A stretch of 64,000 nt of DNA, taken from an uncultured Acidobacteriaceae bacterium (GTDB taxonomy: Bacteria > Acidobacteriota > Terriglobia > Terriglobales > Acidobacteriaceae). Position 1 is the first letter of the stretch. Every line of letters begins with the position of its first letter. Positions 21,736 through 33,944 of this stretch are shown one piece after another. A program made the translations under genes and the position numbers. Location of the stretch: contig CAVQGL010000004.1 in assembly GCA_963712035.1 (NCBI GenBank), forward strand, positions 458-64,457. The letters are read 5' to 3'. Under the pieces are notes generated by a model. It made no database searches, was not told the origin of the DNA, and was given only the letters and a program-made list of their open reading frames with translations.

Positions 21736-22500
21736 ATGAGCATTCAAGAGCCCACGCATCGATTCTCTTCCCGGGTCGACAATTACGTACTTCATCGGCC
21801 GGGCTATCCCGCCGATGTGCTCGGCCTGCTGCGAACGGAATGTGGACTGACCCCAAACTCGGTTATCGCAGACATCGCCTCAGGAACCGGGATCTTCACT
21901 CGCCTGCTGCTGGAGAATGGAAATCGCGTTTACGGTGTCGAGCCCAATCCTGAAATGCGGAGCGCTGGAGAAACATTTCTGGCCGCTTTTCCGCGATTTA
22001 CCAGCATCACTGGAACCGCGGAAGCGACCATCCTCGCCGCGCAGAGCGTGGACCTAATAACGGCCGCCCAAGCCGCGCATTGGTTCGACCGCGGGAAATC
22101 GCGCCGCGAGTTTGTCCGCATCCTCAAGCCCGGCGGATGGCTAGTGCTTCTATGGAACGAGCGCCAACCGACTCGACGCCCTTTCTGCGCGCTTACGAGC
22201 GCCTGCTCCTGACCTATGGCACCGATTATCATGACGTGAGGCACGAGCACACGTCTGCAACCATCGCTGAGTTCTATGCGCCTTATTCTTACCAGGCGCG
22301 CGGCTTCGAGACTCGTCAGGATTTAGATTATCCCGCGCTCGAAGGGCGGTTGCGTGTCTTCTTCCTACACGCCCGAACCAGGCAACGAAAAGTACCAGCC
22401 GATGTTGCGCGAGCTCCAAAGAATTTTCCACGCGCACCAACATAACGGCAAAGTAGCGTTCGAGTACGATACACGCGTGTTCTATGGAAGATTAGATTGA
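21736..22500 (+). pseudogene. Class I SAM-dependent methyltransferase, two frame changes as sequenced
   Basis: VIADIASGTGIFTRLLLENGNRVYGVEPN (motif I) and LKPGGWLVLLWNE are in frame 1. TDSTPFLRAYERLLLTYGTDY is in frame 3. The C-terminal SSYTPEPGNEKYQPMLRELQRIF...VFYGRLD is back in frame 1, ending at TGA 22498-22500. Confidence 0.75.
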
Positions 22501-22587
22501 CCCCGTGCTCCTCTGTGACCTCTGTGGTTTTTCGTTGAGATGCAGACCACAGAGAGCACGGAGTTCACAGAGGAAGTCTCGATAATT

Positions 22588-24034
22588 ATGTCTGAAAAAA
22601 GCTTTCACATGACTCCCGACGAATTCCGCCGTCACGGCCACGCCGTGATTGACTGGATTGCCGACTACTATGCGCGCATCGAGTCTTTTCCGGTGCTCTC
22701 GCGCGCGCAACCGGGAGACATTCGCGCGTCGCTACCGGCGAAAGCGCCGGAAAAAGGCGAGCCTTTCGATGCGATCCTTGGTGACGTCGAAAAGCTGATC
22801 CTCCCCGGCATCACCCACTGGCAATCGCCAAACTTCTTCGCCTATTTTCCTTGCAATGCCTCCGGCCCCGCGATTCTCGGCGATCTATTGTCGTCGGGAT
22901 TAGGCGTGCAAGGCATGCTCTGGGCGACCAGTCCCGCCTGCACAGAACTCGAAACGCATGTGCTGGACTGGCTAGTTGAAATGCTGGACCTGCCGCAGAA
23001 ATTTCTATCCATCGAACACCGGCGGCGGGGTGATTCAGGATTCTGCTTCCAGCGCGTCGCTATGCGCCTTGCTGGCCGCGCGGGAGCGAGCCACAAAGTT
23101 CGCCAGCAATCGGCAAGGCTGTGATGGAAGGCTCGTGGCCTATACATCGTCGCAGGCGAATTCATCCATTGAGAAGGCGACGCAAGTGGCTGGCCTGGGA
23201 CGCCATCATCTGCGCCTCGTCGAAGTGGACGAAAAGTTCGCCATGCGGCCCGCAGGCGCTGGCCCGCCAAATCGAAACCGACCGCCGCGCCGGACTGCTT
23301 CCCTGCTTTGTCTGCGCCACCGTTGGCACCACGTCCTCGAACGCCATGGATCCGCTGCCCGAAATCGGCCGCATCTGCCGGGAGCAGAATCTTTGGCTGC
23401 ACGTGGACGCAGCCATGAGCGGCACGGCCGCCCTTTGCCCGAGTTCCGCCATATTCACTGCGGCCTTGGAATTCGCCGACAGCTACGCCTTCAATCCGCA
23501 CAAGTGGATGTTCACCAATTTCGATTGCGACTGCTTCTACGTCGCCGACCGCGCCGCGCTGATCAAGACTCTCAGCATTCTGCCGGAATACTTGCGCAAC
23601 CAGGCAACCGAATCCGGCGCGGTGATTGACTATCGCGATTGGCAGATTTCGCTAGGGCGCCGCTTCCGCTCGTTGAAATTGTGGTTTGTGATTCGCCACT
23701 ACGGCGTGGAGGGGCTGCAGCACCACATTCGCCGCCACGTGGCGCTCGCCCAGACAATTCGCTCAGTGGGTGACAGATGATGAGCGATTTGAGCTCGCGG
23801 CGCCGGTGCCGCTGAACCTGGTTTGCTTCCGACTCAAGGCGGGGGACGAAATCAATCACGCCTTGATGGATCGTCTGAATCGCAGCGGCGATCTTTATCT
23901 TGACGCACACCAAGCTCAACGGAAAGTTTACTCTGCGCTTCTGCATGGGGCAGACCAACACGGAATCACGCCACGTGGAGCACGCTTGGAAGAGAATTCA
24001 GGAAGAAGCTGAAATTGTTCTTGCGCAACCCTAA
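22588..24034 (+). pseudogene. Group II PLP-dependent (aromatic-L-amino-acid type) decarboxylase, six frame changes as sequenced
   Basis: ITHWQSPNFFAYFP, GGGVIQDSASSASL, VCATVGTTSS, LWLHVDAA, NPHKWMFTNFDCDCFYV, LVCFRL and a C-terminal TLRFCMGQTNTE are distributed over three frames. The stop is TAA at 24032-24034. Confidence 0.85.
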
Positions 24035-24462
24035 GACTTCGCCATAGCCATGGCCCGAGCCTTGCGGCGCAAGATATCGCCCCGGTCCCGCGAGAAACCG
24101 CGCCAAAAGGTTTGCCACATTCTCCAGAAGTACCCGGTCTTCCGGGCCCGAACGCATTCTCGCGGTCACTCTCGACATCCAGAACTCCGAACTCATGTCC
24201 CGCCAGTTTCATGGACACAAGGATCTTGGATTTCGTTTCCGGCCTGCGCCATCTCCCCGGGATGCGGCTCACCGCCCGCGCCTACCAGTTGCTGGTTGTT
24301 TGTTCCCGCGGCCAGATAGATGCCCACCCAGGTGGCATGAAGACCGCGGCTAAGCAACTCGATGACTTCCTGCAGAGGAGAACTGTGGAAGGAAGGCCGG
24401 CTCGCCGTAAGCACGCGTCCGATTTCTGCGAGCAATTCAGCACTGTCACGATGAATTTTCAA
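23966..24462 (-). pseudogene. Stand-alone GAF-domain protein, about two frame changes; 3' end unclear
   Basis: The pieces are MKIHRDSAELLAEIGRVL...ATWVGIYLAAG, then KILVSMKLAGHEFGVLDVESDRENAF, then EDRVLLENVANLLARFL. They lie in three minus frames and converge on the decarboxylase 3' end. Confidence 0.5.
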
Positions 24463-24664
24463 TTGAGTTCCCAGAGTATAGAGTCACGAATAAAGCCGCA
24501 GGTAGTTTAGTCGCCGCACTCAGAGGGGTCAATTCGATCAGGCACGCTGAGATTCAGAATTGCCATTCCGAAGCGCGGCCGTATCGCGGCGAGGAATCTG
24601 CTTTTCGGCGGAAGCAGCATTCCCAAATGCCGCATATCCGTCCAAAGCCCGCGCGCGCTCCGCC

Positions 24665-25681
24665 TCAATTCTCCTTCGGGCTGTCGGTACGATTCTGCAC
24701 TGACGGAGGCTGATCGGCGAGCGGCGCAGCAGCCGGGGCTTCCGGTCTCAATGCCAGCGGATTCGCCGGCGCCGCCGGATTCACTCCAAAGTCCCAGATG
24801 TTGTCCGGGAGATAAAGGGACTGCGTGTTGAGGTTGGTCGCGCCTTTGCCGTTCATCAGTTCCACCAGGCCATATTCCCCCGGCGTTAACGGCACGGTCG
24901 GCGTAATCTTCAGCCACCCTTCCGTCACAGGTTCGATCGTCGAGGGGATGGATTTCTGTTCCTCTGGCTGGGCGATTCCAGTCATCGAGACTTTAATCGC
25001 GCCCACAATGCGGCGGTCCTTCTTGGTCTGCGCATGAATAATTTGGAAGCGCTCGGAAAGTTCGTTCAACGCAGCGGCATCGGTCGTTTGTCCAACCTTC
25101 ACCGATTCGAGCTTGAGATAGAGAACAGGAACCGCCGCGTGCGCCTGCACATCGGCATGCGGCCCGGCAATATCCACCTTGTCCTTGACATTCGGATCGG
25201 AGCACACGTTATTCGTGCAATCCACTTCGCCCTTCTGATTCACATGGACCACCTTCTCTTCCACAGGAACCAGTTCTGGCTTGTTCTCAAAGGTGTCAAG
25301 CAAAAGCACGCCGCCATCGGAGGGCAGGCGCAAGCCGGGAGCGACCTCCGGCCTCTTCGCCTCTTCGGCGGCGCGTTCCGCGGCTAACCGCTTGTCGAAT
25401 TCAACCGCCTCGGGCACCGGCACACCGGCCGCGCGGTCTTTTTGATACTTGTCGGTGGCCGCCCAATCCACCATGGCGTTCGGAACTTCTTCCCACTCGC
25501 TACGCTCCGCGCTGAAGTAGCGCACCCGCTCTCCCTGCACCTCCCACTTAGTCGCCAATTGATAGGAGCCATCTTTCAGAATGAGGCGCTTGGACAGTTG
25601 CTGGGCACAGAGGGGGCTGGTCAGCAGGACAACGCCAGCCAGAAGCGGGATCAAAAAATGAGATTTGACCCATCGGATCAT
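24665..25681 (-). CDS. Secreted hypothetical protein
   Basis: MIRWVKSHFLIPLLAGVVLLTSPLCAQ signal peptide; 338 aa with no recognisable family. Confidence 0.6.
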   Translation of the reverse strand: MIRWVKSHFLIPLLAGVVLLTSPLCAQQLSKRLILKDGSYQLATKWEVQGERVRYFSAERSEWEEVPNAMVDWAATDKYQKDRAAGVPVPEAVEFDKRLAAERAAEEAKRPEVAPGLRLPSDGGVLLLDTFENKPELVPVEEKVVHVNQKGEVDCTNNVCSDPNVKDKVDIAGPHADVQAHAAVPVLYLKLESVKVGQTTDAAALNELSERFQIIHAQTKKDRRIVGAIKVSMTGIAQPEEQKSIPSTIEPVTEGWLKITPTVPLTPGEYGLVELMNGKGATNLNTQSLYLPDNIWDFGVNPAAPANPLALRPEAPAAAPLADQPPSVQNRTDSPKEN

Positions 25682-25828
25682 GACGGCTCTATTATCCTCT
25701 TCATGACCTTCGGTAAGCACCTAGATTTATGGCCGTTTTTCGCCTTGCATAAATCATTCCTTTCCACAGGGTTCTCTGCCATAATTGATCGTGCACCCCA
25801 ACCTGCACAAAATTTCAATTCAATTTAG

Positions 25829-27514
<1,686 letters not shown>

Positions 27515-27578
27515 AAGAACCAAAGGGTCCCCCTGTGTTCCTCGGTGCCCTCTGTGGTTATGATGTGTGTAGCTAGTT

Positions 27579-28427
27579 ATGCCCATGTCATTCCAACTCG
27601 ATAATGTCCGCATCGGTTCCGGCACCCTGTTCCTCATCGCCGGCCCATGCGTCATCGAGAGCGAGCAACACGCGTTGTTCATGGCAGAGGTCATCAAAGG
27701 GGTCACGCGTTCCCTGAATGTCCCCTTCATTTTCAAAGCCTCCTACGACAAAGCCAACCGCACTTCTCTCCGCAGCTTCCGCGGACCCGGCATAACCGAG
27801 GGCCTTCGCATCCTGAAAAAAGTGAAGGATGATGTCCACGTCCCCGTGCTCACCGACGTTCACCAGACCGCCGACGTAGCAGAGGTTGCCGAGGTCGCCG
27901 ACGTGCTTCAGATTCCCGCTTTCCTCTGCCGCCAGACCGATCTCATCGTCGCCGCGGCCATGACCGAGCGAGTCGTCAACATCAAAAAAGGCCAGTTCGT
28001 TTCTCCCTGGGACATGCAGCATGCCGTCGACAAATGTCGCGCCGCAGGCAATGACCGCGTGTTCGTCACCGAACGCGGTTCCAGTTTCGGCTACAACAAT
28101 CTCGTCGTGGACATGCGCTCGCTCGGGATCATGCGCAAATTCGCGCCGGTAGTTTTCGACGCTACGCATTCCGTGCAACTGCCTTCGGCATCCCACGGCG
28201 ACGACGACCAACCCGCCGTCAGTGGAGGCCAGCCAGAATTCATTCCACTGCTGGCGCGTTCCGCGGTCGCGGCCGGCGTAGATGGCGTCTTCATGGAAGT
28301 CCACGACAACCCGAAAGAAGCCAAATCCGACGGCGCCAACGCCCTCGAGTCCACCAAGTTGCGTGACGTGTTGAAGGAATTGCTAGCGATCCAAAATGCG
28401 CTGATCGCAGCTCGCGCGAAACCGTAA
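27579..28427 (+). CDS. kdsA: 3-deoxy-8-phosphooctulonate (KDO-8-P) synthase
   Basis: [41 protein letters not shown]. Confidence 0.95.
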   Translation: MPMSFQLDNVRIGSGTLFLIAGPCVIESEQHALFMAEVIKGVTRSLNVPFIFKASYDKANRTSLRSFRGPGITEGLRILKKVKDDVHVPVLTDVHQTADVAEVAEVADVLQIPAFLCRQTDLIVAAAMTERVVNIKKGQFVSPWDMQHAVDKCRAAGNDRVFVTERGSSFGYNNLVVDMRSLGIMRKFAPVVFDATHSVQLPSASHGDDDQPAVSGGQPEFIPLLARSAVAAGVDGVFMEVHDNPKEAKSDGANALESTKLRDVLKELLAIQNALIAARAKP

Positions 28428-28515
28428 GGCAGGGCTACTGCCCGCCAACACCGAAAAGCGGTTTCCGTGGTCTCGGATTCCGCGACATCGAAATCCGCGG
28501 TCTGCAACCGTTGAA

Positions 28516-28883
28516 CGTCCCGGAGGGACGAAACAACTTAGCCCAGCGGTTTCAATGTCGTTGATCCACTTCGACGAACTTCCTCTTAGAAACTGGATTG
28601 CTTTTGCCAATGGAATAACCGGCGGCAATACCAAAAGCACATGCACATGGTCTGCGAACCCGCCGATCTTGATTGCCTCGCAAGCTTGCTTCCTGGCTAT
28701 GCCGGCCATGTAGGCCCAAAGCCTCGGCTGGAGTTCTTCTAAAATCGTCTTGACGCGCTCCTTCGTGCTGAATACGACGTAAACGCGATTGCTGGAGTAT
28801 CAATGGGACATTGTGCCGTCCCTCCGGGACCGCTCTGACTTTTTATCGCTGTCCCAGCGCTAAAAGCGCTGGGCTAAGTTGTT
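28516..28883. mobile_element. Decayed RAYT/IS200-like unit with flanking REP-like hairpin modules
   Basis: Module A: CGTCCCGGAGGGACG (28516-28530) and CGTCCCTCCGGGAC (28817-28830). Module B: AAACAACTTAGCCCAGCG (28531-28548), in inverted orientation to CGCTGGGCTAAGTTGTT (28867-28883). An additional hairpin CCCAGCGCT-aaa-AGCGCTGGG is present. Confidence 0.6.
28549..28811 (-). pseudogene. HUH Y1 transposase (IS200/RAYT type) with in-frame TGA at codon 4 and 3' truncation
   Basis: Reads MSH-stop-YSSNRVYVVFSTKERVKTILEELQPRLWAYMAGIARK...GGFADHVHVLLVLPPVIPLAKAIQFLRGSSSKWIN. The TGA is at 28800-28802. The catalytic-Tyr C-terminal part is missing and replaced by REP-like sequence. Confidence 0.65.
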
Positions 28884-29035
28884 ACGCGCCTCCGGCGCCT
28901 TGGGGCAACGTTTTACGGCTTTTGCCGCCGGGACCGCGAAAGCTACTGCGAAAGTTCGATATCCTAAATGCTAACGATCTAGCACGCGTTTGTATGTGAC
29001 AATGTCACAATCTTCGCCGCATCTGTGAGGTTGCA

Positions 29036-30167
29036 GTGAAATATTTCTCGGCCCTAATCCTGGCTTCTCTCTGCCTTACGCTGGCCGCTTCCGCGCAAAC
29101 TTCGCCCAGCACTCCGCCGCTTCGCGTCGCCATCGCCGGACTGGTTCACGGCCACGTCGAGGGATTCTTCAAAAATTCCCTGCATCGCACTGACATTCAA
29201 CTTGTAGCAATTGCCGAACCCGATCAGCTACTCGCGTCACGCTATGCCACTCAATTCGGTCTCGACCGCAACCTCATTTTCGCCGAATTGGAAACCATGC
29301 TGCAGAACACGCATCCCCAGGCTGTTTTGGCTTACACCAGCACTTACGACCACCGCCGCGTCGTCGAAATCTGTGCTCGCCACGGCGTTCCCGTCATGAT
29401 GGAAAAACCTCTAGCCGTCAGCGCCGAAGATGCCCGCGCCATGGAGACGCGGCCAAGCAAGGCGGAAAATCCAAGTGCTGGTGAACTATGAAACCACCTG
29501 GTATCCCGGCAATCACGCCGCCTACGACCTGGCCACGAAAACAAGCCATCGGCGACATCCGCAAAATCGTCGTCCACGACGGCCATCGCGGCCCCAAAGA
29601 AATCGGCGTCGCAGCCCGAATTCCTCGCCTGGCTCACCGACCCGATACTGAACGGCGGGGGCGCGCTCTTCGATTTCGGCTGCTACGGCGCCGACCTCGT
29701 GACCTGGCTGATGGGCAACCGCCGGCCCACCGCCGTGACCGCCGTCACCCAACAAATCAAGCCCGATATTTATCCGCAAGGTGGACGACGAGGCCACCAT
29801 CATCCTGACCTACCCGAAAGCGCAGGCCATCATTCAGGCGTCCTGGAACTGGCCCTTCGACCGCAAGGACATCGAGGTCTATGGCCAAACTGGATACGCC
29901 ATCACGGTCGCCCGCGACGACGTGCGCGTGCGCCTACAGGGCAAAGAGGAACAGCACATCACCGCCCAGCCCGTTCCGGCTCCCGAGGATGATTCATTGT
30001 CCTACTTGCGGGCGGTTGTTTTGGAAGGCCGCCCCCCCGACGGCCCCTCGTCCCTGGAAACCAATGTCATCGTCGCCGAGATCCTCGACGCGGCACGGCG
30101 CTCGGCGGCTTCCGGACAATCCGTCCACCTGGCGCGAGGCCCGGCCATGGCCATCAGCGATCACTAA
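29036..30167 (+). pseudogene. Secreted Gfo/Idh/MocA family oxidoreductase, four frame changes as sequenced
   Basis: Signal peptide plus VAIAGLVHGHV...VMMEKPLA (frame 2). IQVLVNYETTWYPGNHAAYDLA (frame 3). IGDIRKIVVHDGHRGPKEIGV (frame 1). LFDFGCYGADLVTWLMG (frame 2). VDDEATIILTYP...VIVAEILDAARRSA (frame 3). Confidence 0.8.
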
Positions 30168-30204
30168 ATCTGCTACCATCCATTCTCATTACCCCTGCTT
30201 CGCC

Positions 30205-31365
30205 ATGCTCATCGCCTCCGCCATCGCCGGTGTCCTGGTTATTTTCAGCGTCCTGCTCGATGCATTTGAGACAGTGGTTCTGCCCCGCCGGGTACAGCGC
30301 CAGTTTCGCATCAGCGCACTTTTCTATCGCAAAACTTGGCTTCCCTGGAGAAGGATTTGCAGCCGGATTAAATCCGCCAGCCGCCGCGAAAACATCCTCG
30401 GATATTTTGGGCCGCTCTCTCTGCTCTTCCTCTTAGCTCTATGGGCCGTCGGTTTAATTTTCGGCTTTACACTTTTGCAGTACGGCGCTGGCGAGCATCT
30501 TCAGCTCAACAGGGAGCCCATCACGTTTACCCGCCTGATTTATCAGAGCGGCGAAACTTTTTTCACCTTGGGCTATGGTGATATCGTTCCTATTTCCGCG
30601 GTTGCCCGCGCTCTCTCTGTGCTCGAGGCCGGCATGGGTTTCGGATTTTTGGGCACGGTGATTGGATATTTGCCTACAATTTATTCGGCATTCTCCCGCC
30701 GGGAAATTGAGATTTCCCTCCTCGACGCGCGCGCCGGCTCACCGCCCACGGCTGCCGAGTTGCTGGCGCGATTCGGCAATCCCCCGCGGCAGGACGCCCT
30801 CGACCAAATTTTTCGTTCCTGGGAACGCTGGGCGGCCGAAGTTCTGGAAAGTCATCTCTCTTATCCAGCGCTAAGTTTTTTTCGCTCGCAGCATAACAAT
30901 CAATCCTGGCTCGGCGCCTTGACCACGATTCTCGATGCCAGCGCCCTGGTCATCGCCGGCGTGGATGGCTTGCGCAGCGATCAAGCTAAAATCACTTTTG
31001 CCATCGCACGGCACGCGGTCGTCGATTTGGCACAGGTCGTGTACGCCCGCTACGATCCCAACTTTCCCGACCGGCTGCCCCCGGGCGAACTCGCACGGCT
31101 TCAGCAGAGTTTGGCGGAACGTGGCATTAAGCTCGACCTCTCACCGGAACGCGAGCAGAAACTGACCATGCTTCGCGCCCAGTACGAACCCTACGCGCAA
31201 AGTCTGGCGCGCAATTTGCTCATCATTCTGCCGCCCTGGATTCACCCCGAACGAAGAAAAGACAACTGGCAGGTCGCGCCCTGGGATCGTGCGATTCAGG
31301 CTCGCAGTCTCGCCGGCTTGACCAGCATCCAACAACAACGTCGCGGCGCCGACGAACATTTCTAG
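30205..31365 (+). CDS. Potassium channel family protein (2-TM pore with TLGYGD filter) with long cytoplasmic C-terminal domain
   Basis: ETFFTLGYGDIVP selectivity filter between hydrophobic helices. About 230 aa of uncharacterised C-terminal sequence follow. The ORF-track start at 29881 is an artefactual upstream extension. Confidence 0.75.
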   Translation: MLIASAIAGVLVIFSVLLDAFETVVLPRRVQRQFRISALFYRKTWLPWRRICSRIKSASRRENILGYFGPLSLLFLLALWAVGLIFGFTLLQYGAGEHLQLNREPITFTRLIYQSGETFFTLGYGDIVPISAVARALSVLEAGMGFGFLGTVIGYLPTIYSAFSRREIEISLLDARAGSPPTAAELLARFGNPPRQDALDQIFRSWERWAAEVLESHLSYPALSFFRSQHNNQSWLGALTTILDASALVIAGVDGLRSDQAKITFAIARHAVVDLAQVVYARYDPNFPDRLPPGELARLQQSLAERGIKLDLSPEREQKLTMLRAQYEPYAQSLARNLLIILPPWIHPERRKDNWQVAPWDRAIQARSLAGLTSIQQQRRGADEHF

Positions 31366-31376
31366 CATTCTGAGTT

Positions 31377-31409
31377 GTCATCCTGAGCAGCGTTAGCCGC
31401 GAAGGATCC
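31377..31409 (+). repeat. Intergenic repeat GTCATCCTGAGC...CGAAGGATCC
   Basis: GTCATCCTGAGCAGCGTTAGCCGCGAAGGATCC, 12 nt after the K+ channel stop. Confidence 0.6.
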
Positions 31410-31568
31410 TACGTCCTTGTCCGTCGCCGAAGCCGTTCGCAGGGCAATCACCGCCGTTCCCGCCACACCGCTATTGCGTCCCTTGTCCAATCACTCGCAG
31501 CGAAGACTCTTCCGCATGATACCTCCCTCCGAACATGACCGCGTCAGCGTGCTAACATCCTTCTTCGC

Positions 31569-32570
31569 ATGAAAAATGATGGCGAAAATGTCGTTCGCAT
31601 TGAAGCCGAAGCGCTGCGTGCTCTCGCGGACCGCATCGCCGGGCCCATGGCAGCCCCCTTCAACCGCGCCGTCGATCTGCTCCATGCCTGCCAGGGCCGC
31701 GTCGTGGTCACCGGCATGGGAAAGAGCGGCATCATCGCCCGCAAAATCGCCGCCACCTTGAACTCCATCGGAACGCCCGCGCTCTTCATGCATCCGGTCG
31801 AGGCTCTTCACGGCGACCTCGGCATGGTCGTCCGCGGAGACGTGGTTCTCGCCCTCTCCGCCAGCGGCGAAACCGAAGAAATTCTTCGCCTCCTGGCCAC
31901 ACTCAAACGGTTGCAGGTACCGCTTATCGCCATGACCTGCGACGAACTGACTGGCGACGAACTGAGTCCGGAAAGTAAAAGGCCTTCCACTCTCGCTTCG
32001 GCGGCGGACGTTGCGCTTGATTGCTCAGTCGCGAAAGAGGCTTGTTCGCTAGGCCTGGCTCCGACCGCTTCCACCACTACAATGCTCGCTCTCGGCGATG
32101 CGCTGGCCGTCGTCCTCTCAGAAAAGCGCGGCTTCAAGGAAGAAGATTTCGCCAACCTGCATCCCGGAGGCAAACTCGGCAAGCAACTGGCGCGCGTCGA
32201 ATCGCTCATGCACACCGGCGACGCGCTGCCTCGCGTCTCGCCGCAAACCAAAATGCCCGACGTGATTTACGAAATGTCGCGCAAGAAGTTAGGCGTCACC
32301 GCGGTGGTAGATGGCGAAAAGTTGGTCGGCATTATCAGCGACGGCGATCTGCGCCGCCTGCTCGAAAAACGCGGGAAGGACGCTCTCGATCTAACCGCCG
32401 CCGAGTCCATGACCCGAACCCCGAAGACCATCCCTCCCACGGAATTTGCCACCGCCGCACTCGCCCTCATGGAGGAAAAGAAAATCACTTCCCTCGCCGT
32501 TGTGGACGCCAACTCCAATCTTCTCGGCATCGTCCACTTGCACGATTTGTGGGGAACGGAAATGTTGTGA
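31569..32570 (+). CDS. kdsD: Arabinose-5-phosphate isomerase (KpsF/GutQ family; SIS + tandem CBS)
   Basis: GRVVVTGMGKSGIIARKIAATL, ALSASGETEE, then two CBS repeats (MPDVIYEMSRKKLGVTAVVD, LGIVHLHDL). Confidence 0.92.
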   Translation: MKNDGENVVRIEAEALRALADRIAGPMAAPFNRAVDLLHACQGRVVVTGMGKSGIIARKIAATLNSIGTPALFMHPVEALHGDLGMVVRGDVVLALSASGETEEILRLLATLKRLQVPLIAMTCDELTGDELSPESKRPSTLASAADVALDCSVAKEACSLGLAPTASTTTMLALGDALAVVLSEKRGFKEEDFANLHPGGKLGKQLARVESLMHTGDALPRVSPQTKMPDVIYEMSRKKLGVTAVVDGEKLVGIISDGDLRRLLEKRGKDALDLTAAESMTRTPKTIPPTEFATAALALMEEKKITSLAVVDANSNLLGIVHLHDLWGTEML

Positions 32571-32583
32571 GCCCAACCACCAT

Positions 32584-32644
32584 GTCATCCTGAGCGGAGC
32601 AGACCGATTCGCCTTGCGAATCGGTCCGCGGAGTCGAAGGACCC
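32584..32644 (+). repeat. Intergenic repeat, long form with internal hairpin
   Basis: GTCATCCTGAGCGGAGC ... GACCGATTCG-ccttg-CGAATCGGTC ... CGAAGGACCC, 14 nt after the kdsD stop. Confidence 0.6.
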
Positions 32645-32825
32645 CTTGTAACTTGATACCCGCATCGCCGCACCAGGGAGTTCTTCCCGCGCCGAGTAAC
32701 ACATCCGCGAGTCCCGGTTACTGCTCGCGCCGAAGGGATCACATTGCCAAATTCCTCGACCCGCGTCTCAAGCAATCACCCAACGGGTGTACCATTCCCG
32801 CGAGGAAAGAATTCCAATCGCCCCG

Positions 32826-33932
32826 ATGACAAAAAAACAAATCACGCCCTTCTTCCCAATCTTTCTGACCGTCGTTCTAGCCTGTTCCGCTGGCTCGGCT
32901 GCGCCCCCACCCCAATCCAATCAAAAAACCACAGCAGCGGCTCGCACCTCTGCACCAACTCTCGTCCTGCTCGATCATTACAAGGATCCCGTCATCACAG
33001 TGCATTCCCCTGGAGCCGAAGACATCAAATATGGCTTCGAAGATGGCCGCGTCGTCAAAATTGCGGACACCTACCATCTCATCACCACCGAAATGTTCAC
33101 CGAGCCGTTCTCCGTAAAAACCAGAATCGGCTACTGGACCAGCAAAGACCGCATCCACTGGACCCGAATCTCCACTCTCTTCGTTTCCAGCGGAGACCAA
33201 ACTGGAAAAGATCCGCGCGCTTCTTTGTGGGGACCTTTGCCTGCATGGAATGAAAAAACCGGCCACTGGGAACTTTTCTACGTCGGCTATCGCTCTCAGG
33301 CGCAAACCGAGCCGCAATGGCTTCTCGGATATGAAGGCAGAATTTGGCGCGCCATTTCTCAAACCCCGGGACCCGGCGGCGTCGGCGGTCCGTACAAAGA
33401 TGTCGGCGTCATTCTCGAGCCCGGCCCTCAATCCGATCCCTGGGAAGGTCTCCAGGGCACCGACTCATTCTTTCCTTATCCCGTGGGAGACGCATGGTAC
33501 GGCATCTACGGCACTGCCCACACCGAAAAACATCCCGTCACCGCTTGGCAAATTGGATTGGCTTCGGCCCCCGATTTGGCCGGCCCCTGGAAAAGAGTTT
33601 CCCAACTCAATCCCTTGGCGATTGAACCTGTCTTCGCCGAGAATCCTATCGTCACCCGCCTCGACGACGGAACCTACATGGCGGTTTACGACACCGGCAC
33701 CGACAATTACGGGATTGGATATGCCTGGTCCGCCGATGGCATTCACTGGGGTCGCGGCAAAACTCTCATCGTTCAACCCGCGGGCCCCGGTCGCTGGGCC
33801 CAGGAAATCACCACACCCTTAGGTCTGATTCCCGAAGGCAAAAACGTCTTCACGATTTTCTATACGGCAAGAGTAAAACCGGTTCCCATTTATTCGGAGA
33901 GCGTGGGCTTCGTGACCGCGAAATTAGAATAG
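32826..33932 (+). CDS. Secreted (possibly lipoprotein) hypothetical protein, W/G-rich beta-propeller-like
   Basis: MTKKQITPFFPIFLTVVLAC signal with a possible lipobox. Repeated W/Y/G-rich strand motifs (YHLITTE, WELFYVGY, WYGIYGT, GIGYAWSADGIHW). The family cannot be assigned by eye. Confidence 0.5.
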   Translation: MTKKQITPFFPIFLTVVLACSAGSAAPPPQSNQKTTAAARTSAPTLVLLDHYKDPVITVHSPGAEDIKYGFEDGRVVKIADTYHLITTEMFTEPFSVKTRIGYWTSKDRIHWTRISTLFVSSGDQTGKDPRASLWGPLPAWNEKTGHWELFYVGYRSQAQTEPQWLLGYEGRIWRAISQTPGPGGVGGPYKDVGVILEPGPQSDPWEGLQGTDSFFPYPVGDAWYGIYGTAHTEKHPVTAWQIGLASAPDLAGPWKRVSQLNPLAIEPVFAENPIVTRLDDGTYMAVYDTGTDNYGIGYAWSADGIHWGRGKTLIVQPAGPGRWAQEITTPLGLIPEGKNVFTIFYTARVKPVPIYSESVGFVTAKLE

Positions 33933-33944
33933 CGGTGTCGCGCG

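Noticed and set aside
28383-28548. 3' part of ORF 28383-28709 overlapping the end of kdsA
   Set aside because: Past 28548 the translation is of REP-like sequence and the antisense of kdsA. The HUH transposase homology stops at KWIN.
29881-30204. N-terminal 108-codon extension of the K+ channel ORF. Similar upstream extensions appear at 10069, 36435, 37197, 46436-47995 and 24665-25720
   Set aside because: The extensions overlap neighbouring genes or lack protein-like composition. Internal ATGs with signal, TM or SD features give sensible starts.
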